A stretch of DNA of 64,000 nt from assembly GCF_000737315.1 (NCBI RefSeq), contig NZ_JMCB01000006.1, positions 124,001-188,000 of the forward strand, given 5' to 3'. The DNA is from Hyalangium minutum. Lineage in GTDB: Bacteria > Myxococcota > Myxococcia > Myxococcales > Myxococcaceae. Shown piece after piece: positions 48,401 through 55,306 of the stretch (its first letter is position 1; every line of letters starts with the position of its first letter). Position numbers and translations under genes: made by a program. The notes under the pieces are model-generated. The model worked only from the letters and a program-made list of their open reading frames with translations. It had not been told where the DNA came from and searched no databases.

Positions 48401-48743
48401 CGGCGTGGAGTCCTTCAAGGAGGTCGCCAAGGCCTGGGGACAGAACCTCACCGAGGGCGGCAAGGAGATCCTCGGCGCGCTCAAGGATCTGGGCGGCGCG
48501 GGCGTGAACGCGCTGCAGGACCTCGCCAAGGCGGGCGGGCAGCTGGCTGAGGCCGCCGTGGGCTACTTGGGCGACCTGGCGAAGATGGGCGTGGACGCCG
48601 CGAAGGGCGCGCTCGAGGGCCTGGCGAACTTCGGCGGCGAGGTCGGCCGGCTGGCCAGCGGCGCGTTCGATGCGGTGAAGAACGCCACCAACGGCGAGAT
48701 GAGCGTCTTCGGCCACAAGGTGGACGTGAACCCGTTCTGGTGA
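45495..48743 (+). CDS. 1082-aa Ala/Lys/Gly/Leu-rich, Cys-free helical-repeat protein of unknown function
   Basis: SD AAGGAG; very strong GC3 bias; internal repeats; central hydrophobic Gly/Ala hairpin; no signal peptide. Confidence 0.85.
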   Translation: MARPIESGSADVAAREAARRAAEEAARRAAEEAARRAAEEAARRAAEAKNNQVTNKATTPEKPVATRDEFAATSTPQAKGPDLEGGKPTESKLPEKPEDLPKLFPELKDKPKEVLQKTYDSMKKLTEGDFSEKATALGELSKTFPDTTKNVLTKLGIQDNKLAKLATNSDALSALGKLTSKDSSTADKASAALELANAAGDIFKPEDLKGVLNHALNGLPAGAKLAEAIGAFTDPNKSALDKTKASLELASALKDFAGKSFPQVENTLRKLDGTFRAANAAVKLLDPEASAKDKALAAAQLAAELPDLKKDLTEFKNLLKQNGVKGADAAVDEGARLADAVVKGLDPAVAQKLTPDQLKGLQDVAAKVGPENLEGVLKGIQDPKALEALTGQLDKLDADSGKRLLKTLGGMEHGNLAKVLTDPKTAEQLGTLATKLDDEAAELVGKLAKDMDVDGLKTLMKFTDGVSGDVLKTGLKGLKPLLEEGGGKLVGKGLKLLDDMLGKMGVKVTGEVAGKVFKNLAKAIPLAGAVPGLIDAGKYAKEAMDLRDKNKDLGFFALVGANLNAADAVVGTALDFTGVGAAVDLGAGAAFGVAELALDLAFDAEKKKMEADPQNYQAPDWMKAVNLGAAAAMGPAGMTQLAAYYGPEGAAELTQWGIEKGAKGAVKLAEFAGVSAANATGDGMKLTAGFIHGLADVIRNPSKYGEAVATKARDAFNAAMEKGGEIAAEAKKVLGNVIDEAKQLGEKGLDTLKFIAQNPGEAAKMALDGVKSMVDKGMELAQQGKEALLKKATETLDALKTGWENLKGAAKEKAAELINGAKEGIQSALNKAKELGEKGLETLKWAATHPGEVGEMAKKAFTDLMAKGGEVAKKAWDGLKSLGAKGLEVAEAAVKGLKDAGGKAVETLKYIAENPGEAAAKVRDWAGQTLSDMARKGGEMAKEAATAIKDFVDRRVDWAKQFATDLLKDGVESFKEVAKAWGQNLTEGGKEILGALKDLGGAGVNALQDLAKAGGQLAEAAVGYLGDLAKMGVDAAKGALEGLANFGGEVGRLASGAFDAVKNATNGEMSVFGHKVDVNPFW
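45543..45635 (+). repeat. 24-bp tandem repeat (about 4 copies) encoding AARRAAEE
   Basis: gccgcccgccgcgccgc(t/c)gaagag-type units in residues 17-47. Confidence 0.85.
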
Positions 48744-48778
48744 TGCCGCGCCCCAGGGGGCGGCCTGGAGACGGCGGG

Positions 48779-49624
48779 CTAGATGCGCGCGAGCTTGTCC
48801 GGGTTGAGGATCGCCCGGATGCCGTGGATGCGCTCCCCGTCCGTCTCCAGCGAGATGACGTCGAAGACGGTCCCGTTCAGCCGCACCACCAATGAGGGCC
48901 AGCCGTTCACCTCGAGGACCTCCGCCCCGAACCCGAACTTCGCCTTCTTCACGATGCCGATGTACAGGCGCGCCACCGCATCCGCCCCATGGACAGGCCG
49001 CGTGGAGGCCCCGAAGGCCTTGCCTCCACCGTCCGACCAGGCCGTCACGTCATCGGAGAGCATGCGCTTGAGGCCTTCCAGATCCCCGCTGACGCACGCC
49101 GAGAGGAACCCGGTCACCAGCCGCTCATGGGCCTGCTTGGAGGGCGCGAACCGGGGCCGCCGCGCTTGGAGGTGCTCGCGGGCCCGGTGCAGCAACTGAC
49201 GGCACGCGGCCTCCTCCTTGCCCACCATCTGGGAGACCTCGGCGTGGCTGTAGCCGAACACCTCGTGCAGCAGGTACACGGCGCGCTCCACCGGCGTGAG
49301 GCTCTCGAGCAACACCAGGAACGCGACGGAGATCGTCTCGGGATCCACTGCAGAGTCCGTGCGCACGGGCTCGGGAAGCCACGGCCCCACGTAGACCTCC
49401 CGGTTGGCCCTCGCGCTCTTGAGGTGATCCAGGCACAGCCGCGTCACCACCGTGGCGAGGAACGCCCGGCCCGAGCGCACCGCGTCCCGCGGTGCTGACT
49501 GCCAGCGCAGCCAGGCCTCCTGGACGATGTCCTCTGCCTCGGCCGCCGAGCCGAGCATCCGGTAGGCGATGGCCACCAGCATGGGCCTGTGGGTCTCGAA
49601 GACCGCCATGAGCTCTCCCGTCAT
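48779..49624 (-). CDS. sigJ: ECF41 (SigJ-type) sigma factor with SnoaL-like C-terminal extension
   Basis: AYRMLGSAAEAEDIVQEAW, RE.YVGPWLPEP, LESLTPVERAVYLLHEVFGY, WSDGGGK, AILNPDKL. Start ATG 49624 overlaps the upstream stop. Confidence 0.92.
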   Translation of the reverse strand: MTGELMAVFETHRPMLVAIAYRMLGSAAEAEDIVQEAWLRWQSAPRDAVRSGRAFLATVVTRLCLDHLKSARANREVYVGPWLPEPVRTDSAVDPETISVAFLVLLESLTPVERAVYLLHEVFGYSHAEVSQMVGKEEAACRQLLHRAREHLQARRPRFAPSKQAHERLVTGFLSACVSGDLEGLKRMLSDDVTAWSDGGGKAFGASTRPVHGADAVARLYIGIVKKAKFGFGAEVLEVNGWPSLVVRLNGTVFDVISLETDGERIHGIRAILNPDKLARI

Positions 49625-50790
49625 GCCGCCAGTGTGCTCCGGCCCGGGACTTCGAGCGAGCGCGTTCGCCCCGTCTTGACCCACAGGGTCCGCACCCAGC
49701 GCCTGCGCTCGCCCAGGAGCGTCCACACAGTGAAGCGGACGATGAACTCCTTCACCCAGGCCGCCGTGCGGCCCTTGAGGACCCAGTGCGCGGGCGAGCC
49801 ATCCCGGCCCATCGGTTGGATCAGACCGTCCTTCCGGCCGAGGCTGATGCACACCCCCGCATCCATATAGTCGAAGGGCAGCTCCGGCAGGCCGCGAGCA
49901 AGCCGTGCGAGGTTCTCTCCGACGTGGGCGCCCATCGGCAGCGCGGTCTTGCAGCCCATCCCTGTGGGAGCGAGCGGCTCGACCACGCAGGCCGCATCCC
50001 CGACGACGCAGACGTTCTCGTGCCCGAGCGCCCGGAGGTACGGATCCACCAGCACCTGCCCCCGCGTGTTCACAGGCAGCCCGGACTCGCGCACCACGGA
50101 CGGCACCACGAAGCCCCCGACCCAGACACAGGCATCGAACGGCACAAACCTGTCTGACAACTCGACCGCTCCGGCCTGGACGCGCCGCACCTCCCCCTGC
50201 TGCACGGAGATCCCGAGCCGGCGCAGCACCGCGTTCAGATGCGAGCGCCCCGCCTCCGAGAGGTTCTCCCCCAGAGGACTCGAGGACAGCAGGGTCACCT
50301 GGAGCCCCGGATAGGACTCCGCCATCTCCGTGGCGCTCTCGATGCCAGTGAGCCCGCCTCCAATGACGACCACGCGCCCCTTGCGCGCGGCGATGGAAGG
50401 GAGCTGCTTGGCCAGCTCCGCCGAGGAGCCAGCATCGATCGTCCACGCGTGCTCCCGGACACCTGGCACCCGGTCCCGATCCACCTGAGAGCCCAGCGCC
50501 ACCACCAGACGATCGAAGGGCACCTGCTCTCCCTCCACCGTGACTTCACCGCGAGGATCCACCCGGGTGACCCAGCCGCGCTTCAGCACAACGCCCGTGC
50601 CCTTCAGCATCGAGGCGAGCTCCCGCACCACCAGGGACTGGCCCGCCGCCTGCTGGTGAAGCCGGATGCGCTCCACGAAATGATCGCTCGCGCTCACAAG
50701 CGTGATGTCCGCCTGCCCACGGGCCTGCCACGCAAGCCGCAGCGCGCACACAACACCTGCATACCCACCACCGAGAATGACGACGCGCAT
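49621..50790 (-). CDS. NAD(P)/FAD-dependent oxidoreductase (type II NADH dehydrogenase-like)
   Basis: VVILGGGYAG, VVIGGGLTGIE, VDPYLR...VVGDAA. Confidence 0.9.
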   Translation of the reverse strand: MRVVILGGGYAGVVCALRLAWQARGQADITLVSASDHFVERIRLHQQAAGQSLVVRELASMLKGTGVVLKRGWVTRVDPRGEVTVEGEQVPFDRLVVALGSQVDRDRVPGVREHAWTIDAGSSAELAKQLPSIAARKGRVVVIGGGLTGIESATEMAESYPGLQVTLLSSSPLGENLSEAGRSHLNAVLRRLGISVQQGEVRRVQAGAVELSDRFVPFDACVWVGGFVVPSVVRESGLPVNTRGQVLVDPYLRALGHENVCVVGDAACVVEPLAPTGMGCKTALPMGAHVGENLARLARGLPELPFDYMDAGVCISLGRKDGLIQPMGRDGSPAHWVLKGRTAAWVKEFIVRFTVWTLLGERRRWVRTLWVKTGRTRSLEVPGRSTLAA

Positions 50791-50815
50791 GGTTCCGCTC
50801 CTTTTTCGCCAGGGA

Positions 50816-50842
50816 GACGACCTGGGAAATTCGGGCGTGACA
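50816..50842 (-). promoter_or_regulatory. ECF41-type promoter, TGTCACG-N16-CGTC
   Basis: Minus strand reads TGTCACG cccgaatttcccaggt CGTC, then SD AAGGAG and ATG 50790. Matches the published ECF41 consensus TGTCACA-N16-CGTC. Confidence 0.8.
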
Positions 50843-50889
50843 CTGCGCGACGAATCGCTGAATCCCCTGTGAATCCGGGACCTTACAAC

Positions 50890-53800
50890 TCAAGCCGCCT
50901 GGCCGGTGAGCCCCGCGTGCGCGCGCTTCACGCCCTCGCGTATCAGCTCGCGCAACCGCTCCGGGTCGAAGGGCTTCTCCACCCGGGGGTTGCTCACCTG
51001 CTCCAGGAACTCCTTAGCCGCGGGGGTGTAGGCCCCCCCGGTGATGAACACCATGCGCCGGGCCTGCTCCGGCGCGGCCCGCACGAGCTGGGCGTACAGC
51101 TCCATGCCCGTCATCTCCGGCATCATGAGATCGCAGAGGATGACGTCGTAGTGGGCCTTGGGCGAGCACAGCATCTCCAGCGCTCGCCGCGCGCTCACCA
51201 CCACCTCCACCTCGTGGTCCTTCGCGAGCGTCCGCCGCAGCGCAGCGCTCACCAGCGGATCATCGTCCACCACCAGCACTTGGCCCCGCTCCACGGTGCC
51301 CGCCTGCACCGGAGCGCTGCGCTGCACCCGATCGAGCTGGCTGCTCGACCGGGGCAACGCCACCCGGAACACGGTGCCCTTGCCCACCTGGCTCTCCACC
51401 TCGATGCGCCCGCCCATCGACGTGACGAACGCATGGCACAGCGCCAGTCCCAGCCCCGTGCCCACGCCCACCGGCTTGGTGGTGAAGAACGGATCGAAGA
51501 TGCGCCCGAGCACCTCCGGCGGGATGCCGCAGCCCGTGTCCCGCACCTCCGCCACCACCTCGCCCTGGGCCCCGTGCTTGAGAACGAGCCGGACCTCGTG
51601 CTGCTCGGGCCTGCCCTCGGGCAGCGCCTGGGCTGCGTTGATGATGAGGTTGAGGAACACCTGCGACAGCCGCGCCTCGTTGCCCTCCACGGGCGGCACC
51701 TCCGCCGCGTACTCGCGCGTGAGCTGGGCCCTGGGGCGCAGCTCCCCTGCCGCCATCTTCGCCGCCGAGTCCATCACCGCCCGCAGGTCCACCGGCCCCC
51801 GCGCGTCATCGTCCTGGCGCGAGAACGTCTTCAAGTCCCTCACGATGCGCCGCACCCGATCCGCGCCCATGAGCGCCTCGCGCAGCACCTGGTGCATGTC
51901 GCGCAGGCGCTCGCGCAGCGGCTCGGAGGACTCCGCCAACTGCGCCAGCGTCTCCGTCTCCTCGCAGGAGTGCTCCAGGTTGGACACGATGTACGAGAGC
52001 GGGTTGTTGATCTCGTGCCCCACGCCCGCGGCCAGTGTTCCCACCGCCGCCATCTTCCCAGCCTGCACCAGCTGGACCTGCGTGGCGCGCAGCGTGCGCA
52101 GGTTGGCATCCAGCTCCTCGTTGGCGCGCGCCAGCTCCTGGGTGCGCTCCTCCACGCGAGCCTGCAGCCAGCGCTCGCGCCGCTTGAGCCGGCCCACGCG
52201 CCACGCGTAGATGCCTGCCGCCATCCCACCCGCCCCCAGCGCGCACAGCCCGTAGAACCACGCCGACTGGTAGAACCAGGCGCGCAGCACCACCTCCAGC
52301 ACGGCCCCGGGCGCCACCCAGTTGCCCGTGCGGTCCATCGCCTGCACGCGGAAGGTGTAGCGGCCCGGCGGCAGCCGCGTGTACGTGGCCACGCGCCGGC
52401 CCTCGGCCTCCACCCACGCGCGGTCGTGCCCCTCCAGCATGTACCGGAACTGCACCCGGGGAGCCCCCTCCTTCACGAAGGCGGTGAAGCGGATGTCCAC
52501 GTCCTGCTGCTCCGGCTCCAGCTCCAGCAGGCCACTCAGCGGCACCGGCTGGCCCTGCACCCGCACCTCCTCGATGCGCGGGTGCGGCGGCGAGTGCCGG
52601 AGCCGGACATCCTTCGTGTTCACCATCATCGCGCCCCGCAGGTTGGCGAACCACATCCGGCCATCCCGCGTCTCCCACCCGGAAGGCAGGCCCGCGTTGC
52701 ACTCGCCCGCGCGCATCCCGTCCCGCTCATCGAAGAGGACGCCGCTCACGCGCGGGAGCTTGCCGTCCGCCACCGCCTCCAGCTCGTGCCGGCTCACCCG
52801 CGAGACGCCCTTGTTGCTGCTCATCCAGAAGAAGCCCTCGGCATCCAGCAGCAGGTTGAAGATCGTCTCATCCGGCAGCCCCTGCGCGGCGGTGACCGAG
52901 GCGAAGCGCCCGTCCTTCCAGCGCGACAGGCCCGTGGAGGTCCCCACCCACAGCGTGCCGTGCGCGTCCACGAAGAGGCTCATGATCACATTCCCCGCCA
53001 GTCCCTCCTGGGTGGTGAAGCGGGTGAGCGTGCCGCGGTCGAACCGGACCAGGCCCTTCTTCGTGCCGTACCAGAGCACCCCTGACTCCTCGCGCACCAA
53101 GGCCGTGGCGGCGTCCGCGGGAGTCCCCTTCTCTGGCGGGTACAGCGTCACCCGCCCATTGCTCAGCCAGGCCAGTCCCTCCGAGGTGGAGAACCACATA
53201 TCTCCGTCCGGCTCGGGCACCATGGCGAAGATGACGGCTCCTGGCGGCATCCCCGACTCGGTCCCCAGCGGGACGAAGCGGCCCCCCTGCTGGTAATAGG
53301 CGCCGGAGGACGTCCCCACCCAGAGCGCCCCGTCCGAGCCCAGCGCGAGCGTGCGGATGCGGTCCTCCAACAAGCCCTCCTCCGCTCCCACCCGGCGGAT
53401 GACGCCGTCCTTCATGCGCTCCAGGCCCTGGGAATTCGAGGCCATCCACAGCGTGCCGTCGGGTGTCTCCAGCACCATCCGGACGTTCTCGAGAACCGAA
53501 CCCTCGGGCGCCCCGATGGGAATGAACGGGCCATTGCTCAGCCGATGCAAGCCATCCGTCCCGGTGCCGATCCACAGGTGCCCGTCGCGGTCCTCGAGCA
53601 GGCTGGCCACGAGCGCATGGGCGAGCTCCTTGGACGCGGTGACGGCGCTGAACGTCTCACCCGTGCGCCGCAGCAAACCCTGGTAGGTGCCGATCCACAG
53701 GTTGCCATCCCGGTCTTCGCGCAGCTCGCCCACCGCCACGTTCGGCATGCCCTGCTCCGGGCCGTACCGGGTGAACTGGCCCTCGCGCAGGGCGAGCAGC

Positions 53801-54546
53801 CCCTGGTTGGTGCCAATCCACAGCGTGCCCTCGCGCGACAGCCACAGGCTGAGCACGTAGAGCGGCTTGATGGGAGACTCCCCCGGCGGCAGGAAGAGCA
53901 TGTCCACCGAGTCGTCGGTGATCCGCGCCAGCCCCTGGCCCGCTCCCACCCACGCGCCGCCCGAGCCATCCACGACGATGGGGCCCGTGCCTTTGACAGG
54001 CAGCCCCTCGTCCACCGAGTACCGCCGCCATGCCCTCTGCCCCGAGCTCGGCGCCCGCATCACCCCCAGCGGCGAGCTGATCCACACATCCTGGCCGTCC
54101 GCCGCCAGCCCGACGATGGGGACGTTGGCCAGCGCGGCGGCCTCGGGGGGGCGGCGCAGCTGTCCTCTCTCGTAGCGGAACAGTCCCTGGCTGGTGCCCA
54201 CCCACAGCACCGCCGCGTCGTCCTCGACCAGTGCGTGGATTTCGCGCTGCCCCATCTCCGGCGAGGTGCGCTGATCAAAGGTGGTGAAGCGCGTGCCGTC
54301 GAAGCGCGCCAGGCCCTCGTAGGTGCCGAACCACAGGTAGCCGTCGGCTGTCTGCTCAGCGCAGAGGACGGAGTTCTGCGGCAGGCCGTTCTCGCTGCGC
54401 CAGCTCTCGTGGTTGTACTGGGAGAGGCTCCGGCCCGGTTCGAGTGCGAAGCTGGGTGTACCGAGACCCAGCGCGAGGACGAACCACAGCCCGAGAAGCC
54501 TTCTCCCACCCCGCCGCCCCTGTCTCCTTGTTCCCATGGCGAGCAT
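50890..54546 (-). CDS. Hybrid sensor kinase: Reg_prop beta-propellers, Y_Y_Y, TM, HisKA, HATPase, REC
   Basis: Repeated D..G.LW.GT..GL units; YTRLPPGRYTFRVQA; GHEINNP; QVFLNLIINA; ILCDLMMP. Start placed at ATG 54546 or 54537. Confidence 0.92.
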   Translation of the reverse strand: MLAMGTRRQGRRGGRRLLGLWFVLALGLGTPSFALEPGRSLSQYNHESWRSENGLPQNSVLCAEQTADGYLWFGTYEGLARFDGTRFTTFDQRTSPEMGQREIHALVEDDAAVLWVGTSQGLFRYERGQLRRPPEAAALANVPIVGLAADGQDVWISSPLGVMRAPSSGQRAWRRYSVDEGLPVKGTGPIVVDGSGGAWVGAGQGLARITDDSVDMLFLPPGESPIKPLYVLSLWLSREGTLWIGTNQGLLALREGQFTRYGPEQGMPNVAVGELREDRDGNLWIGTYQGLLRRTGETFSAVTASKELAHALVASLLEDRDGHLWIGTGTDGLHRLSNGPFIPIGAPEGSVLENVRMVLETPDGTLWMASNSQGLERMKDGVIRRVGAEEGLLEDRIRTLALGSDGALWVGTSSGAYYQQGGRFVPLGTESGMPPGAVIFAMVPEPDGDMWFSTSEGLAWLSNGRVTLYPPEKGTPADAATALVREESGVLWYGTKKGLVRFDRGTLTRFTTQEGLAGNVIMSLFVDAHGTLWVGTSTGLSRWKDGRFASVTAAQGLPDETIFNLLLDAEGFFWMSSNKGVSRVSRHELEAVADGKLPRVSGVLFDERDGMRAGECNAGLPSGWETRDGRMWFANLRGAMMVNTKDVRLRHSPPHPRIEEVRVQGQPVPLSGLLELEPEQQDVDIRFTAFVKEGAPRVQFRYMLEGHDRAWVEAEGRRVATYTRLPPGRYTFRVQAMDRTGNWVAPGAVLEVVLRAWFYQSAWFYGLCALGAGGMAAGIYAWRVGRLKRRERWLQARVEERTQELARANEELDANLRTLRATQVQLVQAGKMAAVGTLAAGVGHEINNPLSYIVSNLEHSCEETETLAQLAESSEPLRERLRDMHQVLREALMGADRVRRIVRDLKTFSRQDDDARGPVDLRAVMDSAAKMAAGELRPRAQLTREYAAEVPPVEGNEARLSQVFLNLIINAAQALPEGRPEQHEVRLVLKHGAQGEVVAEVRDTGCGIPPEVLGRIFDPFFTTKPVGVGTGLGLALCHAFVTSMGGRIEVESQVGKGTVFRVALPRSSSQLDRVQRSAPVQAGTVERGQVLVVDDDPLVSAALRRTLAKDHEVEVVVSARRALEMLCSPKAHYDVILCDLMMPEMTGMELYAQLVRAAPEQARRMVFITGGAYTPAAKEFLEQVSNPRVEKPFDPERLRELIREGVKRAHAGLTGQAA

Positions 54547-54672
54547 AGTGTCCAGCACAGAGGGCCCTCTCCGCAAAATAGGGGACAGGACAGCCCCCCT
54601 TGCCCCCCTATTCCCCGAGGCAGCGACGCTCTTCCCCCGGGGGGCCGCTGTGCGGACATGGGACCCCAGCGC

Positions 54673-54695
54673 TACAATCGCCCTCCGCCGAGGAG
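54673..54695 (+). promoter_or_regulatory. Putative sigma70 -10 (TACAAT) and SD (AGGAG) of the permuted papain gene
   Basis: TACAAT at 54673, AGGAG at 54691, ATG at 54701; no convincing -35. Confidence 0.4.
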
Positions 54696-54700
54696 CCCCC

Positions 54701-55291
54701 ATGAGCCAAGCCGCCATCCTGTTGCAGGACCCCGCTCCCCCGAGCGTCCCCGAGGCGATCTCGAAGGGCCGCAGCACCCTCATCGGGTTCTCCACGCCGC
54801 GCCACTTCAACCCCGTCTCGTGGGTCGTCCGCCGCTTCACCAAGAGCGAGGCCAGCCACTGCTTCTTCCTCTACTGGGACGACGACTTCGAGTGCGACAT
54901 GGTGCTCGAGTCCCATGAGCTGGGCTTCCGGCTCATCACCTGGAAGCGCTTCGTGAAGAAGAACCGCATCATCGCGCTCGTGGAGCCGGCCCATCCGCTC
55001 GACAAGGGCTTCCTGCGGCTGGGCGAGTGGGTGGGCAGCGTGTACGACTTCGGCGGGCTGATCGGCCAGTCCGTGGTGCAGTTCGGACGCTTCCTGCAGC
55101 GCAAGTGGCGCAACCCGTTCCGGTCCTCGCGGGCCATGTTCTGCAGCGAGTCCATTGCTCGCTGCATGCAGTGGGCCGAGCACCCGGATGCCAAGAAGTT
55201 CTCTCCCAAGGAGACAGCGCCGCAGGACCTGCTCGTGTTCTACCGGGAGCCGGGCCGAGCGGTGCTCCTCGACATCCAGAAGTGGAAGTGA
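54701..55291 (+). CDS. Permuted papain-like amidase (YiiX/YaeF, permuted NlpC/P60)
   Basis: His before Cys: ASHC ... YDF ... MFCSE ... P.DL. Confidence 0.8.
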   Translation: MSQAAILLQDPAPPSVPEAISKGRSTLIGFSTPRHFNPVSWVVRRFTKSEASHCFFLYWDDDFECDMVLESHELGFRLITWKRFVKKNRIIALVEPAHPLDKGFLRLGEWVGSVYDFGGLIGQSVVQFGRFLQRKWRNPFRSSRAMFCSESIARCMQWAEHPDAKKFSPKETAPQDLLVFYREPGRAVLLDIQKWK

Positions 55292-55306
55292 GGTGTCTCG
55301 GCGGCT

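Noticed and set aside
45903-48716. 937-aa antisense ORF opposite the 1082-aa protein (likewise 6570-8795, 9333-11426, 11009-12607, 12632-14455, 50239-53085, 55856-57946 and other long overlapping ORFs)
   Set aside because: Shadow ORFs caused by high GC3 bias: they mirror motif-bearing genes on the other strand and carry no recognisable domains.
48779-50446. 555-aa ORF suggesting a long ECF sigma factor
   Set aside because: The upstream half overlaps the oxidoreductase in another frame; the sigma factor starts at ATG 49624.
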